Source: the human T2T-CHM13v2.0 reference genome, Homo sapiens. Taken from it: 64,000 bases of DNA. A program made the position numbers and the translations under genes. The notes beneath the pieces were generated by a model. The model was not told the origin of the DNA. It searched no databases and worked only from the letters and a program-made list of their open reading frames with translations. Every line of letters starts with the position of its first letter. Position 1 is the stretch's first letter. The stretch lies in NCBI RefSeq assembly GCF_009914755.1, contig NC_060926.1; one strand, 5' to 3'. Below are positions 40,874 to 52,894 of this stretch, in pieces.

Positions 40874-41521
40874 TCTGTGCAGAAGTTCTTTAGTTTAATT
40901 TGATCCCATTTGTCAAGTTTTGCTTTTGTTGCAATTGCTTTTGGCATCTTTGTCATGAAATCTTTGCCCAAGCCTATATCTTGAATGGTATCTCCTAGGT
41001 TGTTTTCCAGGATGTTTATAGTTTTGGCTTTTACACTTCAGACTTTAATCCATCTTGAGTTAATTTTTGTATATGGTGTAAGGAAGGAGTCCGGTTTCAA
41101 TTTTCTGCATGTGGCTAGCCAGTTATCCCATGACCATTTACTGAAAAGGGAATCCTTTCCCCATTGCTTGTTTTTGTAAGGTTTGTTACAAAGGTCAAAT
41201 GGTTGTAGGCGTGCAGTCTTATTTCTGAGTTCTCTCTTCTGTTCCATTGGTCTATTTGTCTGTTATTGTATCAATACCATGCTGTTTTGGTTTCTGTAGT
41301 TCAAAGTCTGGTAGCATGATGCCTATAACATCATGTTCTTTTTGCTCAAAATTGCCTTGGCTGTTTGGTCTCCTTTTTGGTTTCATATGAATTTTAAAAT
41401 AGTTTTTTTCTAGTTCTGTAAAGAATGTCAATTGTAGTTTAATAGAAAGAACTTTAAATCTATAAATTGCTTTGGGCAGTATGGCCATTTGAACGATATT
41501 AATTTTTCCTGTCTGTGAGTG
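40874..41521 (-). mobile_element. L1PA ORF2 segment, inverted 5' part of a twin-primed insertion
   Basis: Antisense ORF2; minus-strand frames encode INIVQMAILPKAIYRF and [44 protein letters not shown], recognisable L1 ORF2p. Confidence 0.93.
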
Positions 41522-42084
41522 TGTGTGGCAATTCCTCAAAGACCTAAAGACAGAAATACCGTTTGACACAGCAATCCCATTACTGGGTATATACACAAAA
41601 GAATATAAGTTGTTGTTTTATAAAGACACATGCACGCATATGTTCATTGAGTACTATTCACAATAACAAAGATATGAAATCAACGCAAATGCCCATCAAT
41701 GATAGACTGGATAAAGAAAATGTGATACATATATACCATTAAATGCTATGCTACCATAAAAAAAATAAGAAGATCTTGTCCTTTGCAGGAACATGGATGG
41801 AGCTGGAAGCCATTATACTTAGCAAACAGAAAACCAAATACCGCATGTTCTCACTTATAAGTGGGAGCTAAATGATGAGAAACATGGACACATAGAGGAA
41901 CAACATATACTGGGGTCTATCAGAGGGTGAAGGGTTGGAGGAGGGACAAGATCACAAAAAATAACTAATGGGTACTAGGCTTCATACTTGGGTGATGAAA
42001 TAATCTGTACAGAAAACCCCCGTGACACATGTTTACCTATATAACAAGACTGCACATGTATCCCTGAACTTAAAAATATTTTAA
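41522..42084 (+). mobile_element. L1PA13-like 3' end, non-inverted part
   Basis: gtgtggcaattcctcaaagacct...aaaaataactaatgggtactaggctt...gatgaaataatctgtac...cctgaacttaaaa; TSD aattcagttt (40864-40873) / aaatcagttt (42085-42094). Confidence 0.92.
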
Positions 42085-43994
42085 AAATCAGTTTGATGGG
42101 AGCCAATATGATGTCATAAGAGCATAGTTTGGAATAAATGTGAGACTATAGTCTGATGAAAGTGATCAAGAACTGGGGAATAATTTGTCCCACTAATTTT
42201 GAATCTGGGAGCTGTTTTCATACTAACTTTATCACTACTTTTAACCCAGGTCAGATTTTTCATTTTATTTTCTTGTGAAACAGAGATATAGAAAAGCTAC
42301 ATCAAAGGCATTGTAGGAGACATGAATGAGATAATAAAGCAAAATTTAGAAAAGATTTGTATAAAAATTACAATAATATAAAAATGGGAAGTATATTTGA
42401 AGATTAATATAAAAACTATTTCTATCTCTTTGTGATTTAAGGAATAGGAAGTACTTTCAGAGACATTATTATATTCAGCCACCAACTATACTCTATGTAA
42501 ATAAGAAGACACACAATTATTCTATAATGAAGAAAACAAGCATCAAATTATGGGGAGTGGGCTGGTGGGGTAGGAAGGGATGCACTATCTAAAAAGCCTA
42601 ACTTTTCCCAAGCAGGATGACTAATAAAACAAGATTGCTTGGCACTAAGTGGGTTGTGATTGTCCCAGGTTGGTATGGTTAAAAGAAATTCTATTGAAAC
42701 TTAGAGGTAAAGAATCAAAGACAAGACTATTTACTCAAAGAAATAGGTCTTGTTTCAGTTTTGAATTAGGAAAAGTAGTTCAACTGAGGGACATCAGATA
42801 GAGTTAACCAGGGAGAGTTAATGCAAAGTTTATCCTGAATAGAAAGAGAAAATAGAAAGCAGTAAAAATCGAATTGATGCAAGCATTTGTAATGAAGGAA
42901 AAGCACGCTGTGACCACTCTTAATTTCCCTTGTGTAGCAAGTGAGAGCTTGTCATGTAGGGTCATCCAAAGCATGTGACACGTGCAAAGCAATTTAGCAG
43001 ACTGACAGTGGTAGAAACCAACTAAAAGTTTAATAAAGGAATACATTTGTACTACCTGCCACTCAAATGTTTCCTGTTTCAAAAGAATACTATTACAGCG
43101 GACCCTTGTCTAATTCTGCTTTGGCATGAGGACTGCACTGGTGGGACCAGAATGTTGTGCAGTTATTTAGGGAGGCTGCTGGGAACTAAACTACATATGG
43201 ATCTTTTAGATAGTCCTTATGGGGCTCAAGGTTATAACTTTGCCTACATTCTTAATACCACCTGCATACTATTGGGGCTCAGGTCAATCATATTTTCAAC
43301 TATTGTAATATTTTTCAATTTTAAAATAATAATTACCTACATAGACTACCTGTTTATTTCTACATTATATTAGCCATTGTTGAATATATCTACAGACAAA
43401 ACCATTCCAATGATAATTTTAGCTTAACTTTGCATCTTTCATTTAAATGCCACTCATTGTTATTTGTCTTTCTTGAATCTTCCTAAGTTTCCCGAAATCA
43501 TGAAGCCCATTTTGATTGCCAATAACCGAGAATGGTCATTGAAATGCTTTGAAGAGGTCTGTAGCTCACTCCCACACTGTGTTTCTCAGGAAGTGCTGAA
43601 GATAGTATTTTCTGCATTTTTTGTAGTGATTCTGCAGGGTGATTGTAACATGACAAATTATTGACAGCATCCTGCTCACCAAAGTTTTGGCTTCTTTTCC
43701 TCTTAAATTATAACAGAATTAATGGTACTTTAAATTTCATTTTCTGAAAACAACTACTAACAACAGTCCATCAAATATATTGAATCGGGCTTTGATAGTT
43801 GTGTAAGTATTAATAAAATTACACCAGCCCAATATAGAGTTGTTGAATTTTTATGCCCTTTATTTCTATTGCAGTAGTTGGCTTGTACAGGCAAAAGCCT
43901 TGCCTTCCATTTGGACTTTGTGCCACATGGTGATCAAGTAATTGTCTTTCTTATGTGCAAACAACAAGATCCAGTTCAAATAAATTTAAGTGAA

Positions 43995-44360
43995 TAAAGA
44001 AAGAAGAAACAATGAAGTAAGAGAAGGCAGGGGAAGGCAGGGGAAGGGAGGGGAGGGGAGGGAAGGGAGGGGAGGGGAGGGAAGGAAGGGGAAGGGAGGG
44101 GAGGGGAGGGGAGGGAAGGGAAGGGAAGGGAAGGGAAGAGGGAAAGGAAGGGAAGAGGGAAAGGAAGGAAGGGAGGGAAGGGAAGGAAGGGAGGGAAGGG
44201 AAGGAAGGGAGGGAAGGCAAGGGAAGAGGGAAGGCAAGGGAAGAGGGAATGAATGAAGGGAAGGGAAGGGAAAAAAGGAAGATGGAAGGGAAGGGAGAAG
44301 GGAAAGGAAGAAAGGGAGGGGAAAAGGGGAGAAAAGGGAAGGGAAAAAAGAAAAAAGGGA
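43995..44360. repeat. Polypurine (GGAA/GGGA/GAAGG)n low-complexity repeat
   Basis: 44039-44217 contains only purines, including tandem 18-bp units. Confidence 0.97.
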
Positions 44361-45002
44361 TTTATAAATACATTAATTAGCTCACATAATCATATTTCAA
44401 ATCCAATGAATGCGAGCACCAAAAGAAACACAGCCAAGCTAAAATTCTATTGCAAGAAATGCTGATTAGGTTTTGTGCATTGTTCAAGCTGCCACACCCA
44501 TTTACTGTCATATCATTGGGCCCTTATTTCTGTCACATTTGCCACAAATGATCTTTGACCAGCATTCTCAGAGGGTAAGGTGATGTAAAATCTAATCCAT
44601 AATGGCTTTTACAGAGAAAGGCCAGACTCCAACCACCTGTTCCCTGCCTTTTTAGGTAATTTTGTCTTCAATACAAAGAGGTTGGAAAGCCAAAAAGGAC
44701 AAATATATGTTTTTTGGCTTAAGATCTTTACTGGGATATTTAATAATTGGACTAAATTGGTCCCCTTTTACCAAACATCATTAAAATTTCCTCTTACCAG
44801 TAAGATATCTCCATGGCTAAGTGATGGGCCAGTGAACAGCTGATGATAGAATAAGGAAGCAATCTATGGTATATGAGCTCTGTTTCAAAGTAATTAAGAA
44901 CGTATACCTTTGTGTCCATGCATTTTGGTTCAAATGCTGATTCTTCCACTTTCTGGCTCTGTGAGACTGAATAATAATTTAATTGTTCACACTTAGTCTT
45001 AG

Positions 45003-45593
45003 TTTTCTTTATTATTATACTGTAAGTTCAGGGTACACGTGCACAAAGTGCAGGTTTGATACATAGGTATACATGTGCCATGTTGGTTTGCTGCACCCAT
45101 TAACTCGTCATTTACATTAGGTATTTATCCTAATGCTATCCCTCCCCCAGCCCCCTACTCCCCAACAGTCCCTGGTGTGTGATGTTGCCTGCCCTGTGTC
45201 CAAGTATTCTCATTGTTCAGTTCCTACCTATGAGTGAGAACATGTGGTGTTTGGTTTTCTCTCTTTGTGGTAGTTTGCTGAGAATGATGGTTTCCAGCTT
45301 CATCCATGTCCCTGAAAAGGACATGAACTCATCCTTTTTTATGGCTGCATAATATTCCATGATGTATATGTGCCACGTTTTCTTAATCCAGTTTGTCACT
45401 GATGGATTTTTGGGTTGGTTCCAAGTTTTTGCTATTGTGAATAGTGCCACAATAAACATATGTGTGCATGTGTCTTTACAGTAGCATGATTTATAAACCT
45501 TTGGGTATATATCCAGTAATGGGATGGCTGGGTCAAACGGTATTTCTAGTTCTAGATCCTTGAGGAATCGTCATGCTGTCTTCCACAATGGTT
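45003..45593 (-). mobile_element. L1PA6/7-like 3' end (5'-truncated), next to a MIR fragment
   Basis: ttattattatactgtaagttcagggtacacgtgcac...; minus-strand frame MFIVALFTIAKTWNQPKNPS...YAAIKKDEFMSFSGTWMKLETIILSKL is the L1 ORF2p C-terminus. Confidence 0.95.
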
Positions 45594-46434
45594 TCCTATC
45601 TGACTTGGCAAAGGTAGCATATCTGCAACAGTGGGTTTAATTGGGGTTACTTCTTGGTTGATTTTGTATTATTCCATTTTTTTTAGCATCCATACTGGTA
45701 AATTAAATGGAGTTATAATGGAGATCATGACTCCTAATCCCTTGAGTCTTTAAAGATGTCCCTATTCTCTGTCATTACCCTTATGTACTACTGATTCTGA
45801 TCTACTACCATTGCTGGGAGCAATGAGGGCATCATTATGTTAGAGGATTCTATTTGGCTTTTCTCACTATGGCAGCCCTTACAGTTTACAAAACCAATTT
45901 GATTATTAATTATTGATTCAACTGTGAAATATATCTATTTCAAATATACAATTCAAGACCAGGGAAATGACCCATGATGGGTCTGTGAACATAGTAAACC
46001 CAGTAAACCCAATGTTAACCACACCTTGGCTGGAACTCCATCTGTAACCTGTCTCACATAATCCTGCTCTATCAAGGAACTATAATGATATTTTCTCTCC
46101 TCAAATGTCCATGTCTATATGCACTCTCTATTTAACAGTTCTCAAAATATCTGAGTATTCCCCTTTCCTTGTGTATGATTGCCTGAATAGGATTCTTTAA
46201 GGTAGGGCTTGGGGAATTATTATTAAATAATCATTTTATATTGTTGCAAGGGAACCCCACCTCATCTTCCCATGGGAATCTGCCCTCTCTTTCAGTCAAT
46301 AGCTTTGGAGTCTGAGATTTCACTCAAGACAGTGATTTTAATTTTTAATTGGCATGGCTGATAACCCTCAACATTCTGATTATTCACCTTTATTTTAATT
46401 ATATAGATTAAGGAATACTATTGTTAGTTACCAA

Positions 46435-47160
46435 TTAAGGAAGCAGGATTGGTCAGAGGAAAAAACTGTGTTACAGAATTTTGATACAGTTCTAACATAG
46501 ACCTCAGCAAATCCCAGTGGGAGCTTTGGGACTGAGATGGCCCTACCAAAATGTCCTAATATGGGGCAAGGGGCCGTCCCTTCCTGTCACCACAATGACA
46601 AGTTGATATACACAATATGGCTCAAAGGAAGAAAGAAAACTTTTGTGGAGATGGTTTTTGGTATGGTTTGGCTCTGTGTCCCCACCCAAATCATATCTCA
46701 AAGTGTAACCTTCATGTGTCAAGGAAGGAAAGTGATTTGATCATGGAGGCAGTTTCACCCATGCTGTTCTCACGATAGTGAGTTAGTACCCAGATTTGAT
46801 GGTTTTTATAAGTGTTTTGAAGTTCCTCCTTCAATCTTCTCTTTCCTGCCAACCTGTGAAGAAGGTACCTGCTTCCCGTTCTGCCATGATTATAAGTTTC
46901 CTGAGGCCTCCCCAACCATGTGGAACTGTGAGTCAATTAAACCTCTTTGCTTTAAAAATTACTCAGGCTCAGGGAAGTTATTTATAGCACCTTGAGAAAG
47001 GACTAATACTGTTTTCTGCACCCAACAAAAAACTCCATGCGGTGTGGATGGTGGAGGCCATGGGGGAGGGAAAGTGGAGATTCAGCTGAGTGACATGTCA
47101 TCTGTCAAGATTTTTAGAAGCTGAAGGAAAAATGCTCTGGTCTTTCTTCCTGAAGGGAGA
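46435..47160 (-). mobile_element. ERVL LTR16A-like LTR interrupted by THE1
   Basis: ggaagcaggattggtcagagg...cctcagcaaatcccagtgggagctttgggactgagatggccct...ggggcaaggggcc. Confidence 0.75.
46659..47010 (+). mobile_element. MaLR solo LTR THE1 (THE1C/D-like)
   Basis: tggtatggtttggctctgtgtccccacccaaatc...gaactgtgagtcaattaaacctctt...ggactaatact; perfect TSD GTTTT (46654-46658, 47011-47015). Confidence 0.95.
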
Positions 47161-47389
47161 AAGGTCTAAATTATTCTAAATAAAACACAGTTAGTACAGA
47201 CTATAAAGGAAATGATTGATCATTCAAACACCTTAAAATTAAGGTCTTAGATGTTAAAGAAAATAAATAAGGAATCCACAAACTGTGATAAGTTAACAGC
47301 ACATAAACATGACGAAGAATGTATTTCCTGAATATTTTTAAAGGCTTGAAAAGTAGGCAAAAAGCTTGACTGTGTGCTTTATAGAAAGA

Positions 47390-48160
47390 TACATGAAGTG
47401 ACAGAAAATGCATTAAAAAATTAACCATTAACATATAGAGAAATACAAATAAACAAATAAGATATTATTTATATTCACAAGATTGGGAAATATTAAAACA
47501 TTTAACAATGAAGGCCGAGTATTGGTACTTATGTCTACACTATGGCTGCTGAAATTGTAAATTGCTCCATTACAGTAATAATTAGCTATTATTTTACAAA
47601 ACCAAATATATCCACATTCTATGACCCTCAGGAATGCTACTGTTATTAATATACTTCCGAAAAATTTGGTATATATGTTCTAGGATATACAAAGTGTTCA
47701 TAACAGAAAACTTTCACTATATATATGAATAAATATGTGAAAAAAATCAAAATTATGGAATTTTTATACAAATGGCACTGAAAGTGAAGAAACACAACAT
47801 CATGCCTGAACTTCATTAATATGATGTTGAATAAATATAAACTTGCAGAATACATTTGGCATTATTTAATGTATATAAATTTTCAAAGCCTGCGGTAATA
47901 AATAATACATATACTAAAAATATATACGTATTCATTTGAAATTTAAAGGGAAAAAAAGGAGAGTGATAAGCAAATAATTTCAGGTAAGAGTATTGTTGGC
48001 TTGAATATGAGGTGAGCCCAGAAGAGATGGGGAAAGAGGACATGGAGGAGTCAATTTCTACAATGAGGCCCTTGATCTGTGTTTAGTCTTAAAGTGAAAT
48101 TCATGTGTGTTATAAATATCTTTTTTTCAGATTTGATTTTTGATAAAAGTATTTTTAAAG
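47390..48160 (+). mobile_element. Ancient L1ME 3' region
   Basis: ctatggctgctgaaattgtaaattg, acattctatgaccc, atacaaagtgttcataacagaa. Confidence 0.6.
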
Positions 48161-48339
48161 GAAAGTAAAGGGAGATCTATCCTTAAGTTAGTGCTACATG
48201 TTTCTATAGCTAAATTTTATCAAACTTTTTAAAACCAGATAATTTGTATGGTATATAAGTTACTATCAAGTAGAGAGAAAGGAAATCGCTTTTTAAAGTT
48301 TCCCTTTTCCCTTAGTACAAGTTTTCCATACGTAGGTTG

Positions 48340-48725
48340 TAAAAGAAGACAGGACGCTTCTGATTCCCTAGGTCATCCAGGGACTCAGATTTCTTTGTTC
48401 CTTATGCTTCCATCTCCTAAGTTACTTTGCACACATGGTCAGTAATAAGTCACTACTATGACTATATCCAAATTCCAAAGTAGGAGAATTAGGAATAAAG
48501 TCAGGAAGAGTGAGCAGCTTCCTTCAAAGGCCATAACCTGTGTGCACATACCGCTTCTCCTCTATCATTTGCTAAAACACAGTCACCTGACCAATATTAG
48601 TTACATAGAAGGGTGAGAGATGCAGTCTCCACGTATGTGTCATCCTCAGCTAAAGTGTTAGGTTTTATTACTGAACCGATAATGATAAAATAGATATTAG
48701 AGAAAAAACAGCACTCTCAGTCACC
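48340..48725 (-). mobile_element. Old MaLR LTR (MLT1J-like)
   Basis: ggtcatccagggactcagatttct...cagtcacctgaccaatattagttac...ctcagctaaag...tagatattagag. Confidence 0.65.
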
Positions 48726-48729
48726 CTAT

Positions 48730-49030
48730 AGATCAAAGCATACAAAATAATACATTAGAATATTTACTCCAGGTGAGCAGAAGTACATATCACGACCAGA
48801 AGTTGAAGGGTGATTCAACATTAGAAAACCTATCAACTCAATTCATTATGTTAAACCATTAAAGGGAAAAAAGTAAACAACTGATGGCTAGATAGATAAT
48901 AGAAGTTTGATAAGAGTGGATGTATATCCATGATAAAAACTTACCTAAAGTGAATAATAAGAATAAACTATCTTAAACTAATATAGGAAATTAGCTTATA
49001 CACTAGATCACATACTTATAGGAGAACAGA
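48730..49030 (+). mobile_element. L1M ORF2 fragment
   Basis: gattcaacattagaaaacctatcaactcaattcattatgttaa...catgataaaaactt. Confidence 0.6.
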
Positions 49031-49736
49031 ATCTTGAATGCATGATTTTTCTCCCAATTTTAGGGCTTTTGGATATGACTTACAGAATTGCTCATAATCA
49101 GCTTCTGCACATTATTTCTAACTATAATGAATGTCCAGCCACACTAACCTAATGTCCATTCTTTTAACTTACCAAACGACTTCTTAATTTGAGTCTTTGC
49201 AAATATTATTAACAATACTTGAGCTAAATCAGATACCTCATTAATGTGGTTAAAATATGTCTAGTGATCCAAACTAAATTTTTCTAAAAGCCTTTAGCTC
49301 AAGATAATAATTTTCTTGCAACTACTCAATTACAGTTTTTTACCATGTCCCTCCGTTTTTTATAGATATATTTCTCCGATAGATTATGCTTCTTTAGATC
49401 ACCCATTGCAAATCCACAGGACCTGACACACAGTATAAATGACAGCAAGAAACTTTTCTGTTTCATATACAATGCCTGTTTTAAGATACCTAACATTTTC
49501 ATTACTCAATATTAGAGAAAACTGTGATTTATGTCCAGGAAAGCCAGGAAGGTTATTGGACTGCCTTTTCGCCATCTATACCATCTCATTCTACCTTCAA
49601 TATTTAAAAATAAGTGAAGCGGTGCTTTATTTTCATATATTTCCAGAGCACTAGCTTGCTGCCGAACATGAGGTCATCCTATAAAGCTCACATTGATTTG
49701 ACTACTAGTTCCTAGAAATTTTATTGCTATAACATT

Positions 49737-49771
49737 TAGAAAGGCAAGACTTAAGGAGTCTTGCCTTTCTA
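49737..49771. repeat. Perfect inverted repeat, 15-bp arms, 5-nt loop
   Basis: tagaaaggcaagact-taagg-agtcttgcctttcta. Confidence 0.95.
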
Positions 49772-49809
49772 TCATATATATGATATCATGTATACGATAA
49801 TATCATCTA

Positions 49810-49916
49810 TATATGATAATTTATTGGCATGGTTCTTTGGTTGGGATTTTAAGTAGATATAAAGTTAGAAATAAATAGGATGAATTTTGATGTGTAGTTA
49901 CCCATTGGTAATCAAG
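49810..49916 (+). repeat. 107-bp direct repeat, copy 1
   Basis: Matches 51212-51318 with 3 mismatches by eye. Confidence 0.93.
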
Positions 49917-50897
49917 CACCATAATGTATCATCGGTTGATAAAATTTGAGTCTACATATTGTACAAAGTGTTTCAGATATGGTTTTACATATTTTTGTTT
50001 ATTTCCCTCCACCCCACTTCCACATCCTCACACTGTTCTTTTTACGTCATTGTACTTTTACTTCTCTTTTTATATTTCTACCTTGTTTTTATACTTTTTG
50101 AATGAGGGCCTGTGGGTGGCTTGGCACCAAACGGCAACCTACAAAGCATGTTATATTAAAATTAAAGGCCCTTCTACGTACTTTGTGATTCATAGCTCTA
50201 ATCATATTATTGACATTTTTGGAAGTTAATCCACCACGAAAAGTGTGTGTTTATGCATGTGGGTGTATATATTTGTGAATTATGTACTTGTGTAATGAAT
50301 CATGGGAGATATGGGAGAGTATGGGAGAGTAATCTGTGATTATCATCTAAATTGGAAATGTGAAGAATTAGAAATAAAAGAACAGTGAGAATAGTGATAC
50401 AAATGTTAGCTGGGATGGAGGAACAATAAACAGCAAGATACAGCAAAGGAAGAGTCATGCTTTTTCACCTCACATTTATAATTATTCTATTATAAAGTCT
50501 ATGATTAGATAAAATTATTGACTTTACATTATAACAGGAAGAAGGCTCAACTCCCCTAAGAGCTTCATGTAAAAAAAAATGGAGAACCTCATTTCCCAAC
50601 CATAAAAAAAGAAAGGAAAAGAAAAGAATCTGAGACAACCTTGAATCCTTTTGCAAATTGATGAAGTCACGGAGAAATCTTTTGTAGGTCTAGCTTAAGA
50701 ATAGGATCGGGAAATCGTGTGTAGTTACACAGCTAAAAAATGTAGAATTCATTTATTTTTCTCCTGACTTATGGGATATTTGCAGAATTCAAGGCTACAT
50801 TCAAAATCAGTCAGCATTTACTTGATTATCTTTTCGTGTGTTACCTGGGTCCCAGAGGTAGTTAATGATGAACTCTGGAATGTATGAGGTTTTTGAA

Positions 50898-50900
<3 letters not shown>

Positions 50901-50952
<52 letters not shown>

Positions 50953-50966
50953 CACACACACACACA
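50901..50966. repeat. Compound microsatellite (TG)18(TA)8(CA)7
   Basis: Direct read. Confidence 0.95.
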
Positions 50967-51211
50967 TATATATGTATATTAATCACTGAGGCTGACATCA
51001 TTACCCAGGAAGAGCTAATTTAAATCCATTCATTTATCATTTATTCTTTTTTTTAAGGAAATGTAGATATTGGTGTGTGTGTGTTTATATACATATATAT
51101 GAGATATATATGTATCTCATATATAATATGATATATAATTATATGTACATGTATAAAATATAATTATATATCATATATATAATTTCACCTCACATTTATG
51201 TCATATATAAT

Positions 51212-51318
51212 TATATGATAATTTATTGGCATGGTTCTTTGGTTGGGATTTTTAGTAGATATAAAGTTAGAAGTAAATAGGATGAATTTTGATGTGTAGT
51301 TACCCACTGGTAATCAAG
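51212..51318 (+). repeat. 107-bp direct repeat, copy 2
   Basis: tatatgataatttattggcatggttctttggttggg...gtgtagttacccactggtaatcaag; offset 1402 bp from copy 1. Confidence 0.93.
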
Positions 51319-52894
51319 ACAATAATCAAATGATCAATATGAACTATTCTATAAATGAGTTGCAGATTTTAATGATTTGTCTACTCTCTTGACAAGGCAT
51401 TTCAGGGCACAATTGATTAAAATGTTGCATAATTTCATACACGTCTGGTTTGCTCATAATTTTAGATTGCTCTACAACTCAAGAAACAAACTTTACTGTT
51501 GCAATTTGTGTGTTTTCCCCATTCACTGTACTTGATTAAGGTGCATGCTTCACTGATTGAACTGAATAACTTTACAGAATAAAATGTTTACGGTTTTTAT
51601 CAATGGGAAATGTATTGCCACGTCTCAATTTTCCTAGTATAAGAGTCAAAGTATGCAAAAACACCTCTTTGGAATGCAACCTCTGTTATTAATATGATCA
51701 ACATTTTTATTTGCTGTTATTTTCATTATGTTGTTTAAAGGGTTCCCCAGCTTCTAAACATTCTCAAAATGTTAGTCCTTAAATGCAAAAGCAGGAACGG
51801 CATTCAGAACAACATTCTGCCCATGTTAGAGCTCCCATTTAAGCTTCAGGTAGGAGTGAATATATGGGCGTTAAAGTGAAAATACTTGCCTTTTTTGACA
51901 GTGTCTTCTCTTCACTATACATGAAACAGGTTGTTTGGCATACATTTTCTTAATTGGAATAATGTTTTAAAAAGTTTTTAAAGAAACAAAAAAAGTAAAA
52001 TGGTAATCATTTTCTTTAAATAAACACCAGCATTCTTATGTTATACTCTTGTTTCTTTAAGATTTTTGGAACATCACAACAAAGTTTCAGATTGGTAGAA
52101 AGAAACCATAGATATACTTGGCAAGACTAATTTAAGTTCCTAATTTATACATTAAAGCATGTAGAAACTTAGCTGAAGCTCTTTGGCAAGATGGAGAAAG
52201 AAAAAATACAAACTTGTCTTAGCACAGATTTCTTAGGAATGAAAAAGCCCCTTAACTGGCAAGTAGCTACTAGTGACATTAGCTGAACTATGTAACCTTC
52301 TGTCCAATCGAAAGAATCTAATTTCATGCTGTGAAGTGGCCCTTTTCATCACTGATGGTGACATCATTATCCAAGAAAACCTTTTTAAAATCCATTCGTT
52401 CATTCTTTCCTTTTGAGGAAATGTAGAGAGCAGAACTTCCCTGGTTCTCAGCCCAAGCTCAATATCACCTAAAAGCCTGTTTTCATCATGAAGACACATT
52501 GAGAAATGGTCAGGAGTCCCTGATAATTCTATGTGGTTCTGCACAATCAACAACTCAGGATACTTTCCTCAATTGTTGTTTAAAAAATGTAGTGCATTTC
52601 TTCTCATTCTGCTATTAGTCCACTTCTTCCAGATTACTTTCTGGATGTACTTCCATTTCCATGTATGAGAAAAGAAAGTAAATGAAGCTCTAGTAGTAAG
52701 TGAAGTTGTGAGCCCTTGCAGCAGAGGACTCGGCACTAAGTCTGAGCTAGACTCTCTCAATGAAATCCAGACTGCATCATTTATCATCTACAAAACAAGG
52801 ATGAGATTTAAAGTTTAGTGCCTCTATTTCCTCATTTATACAATGGCATTAATTTATACTATAAATAGTATAAACTACTTAGGGCTGATATTAA

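Noticed and set aside
41038-41596. ORF2p-like peptides as a CDS
   Set aside because: Disrupted fragments of a truncated, inverted L1; not a functional gene.
43951-44465. PSLPS- and GREG-repeat ORFs
   Set aside because: Translation of the polypurine low-complexity tract.
49810-51318. 107-bp direct repeats read as LTRs of a novel retroelement
   Set aside because: No TG...CA termini, TSD, primer-binding site or polypurine tract seen; local duplication is simpler.
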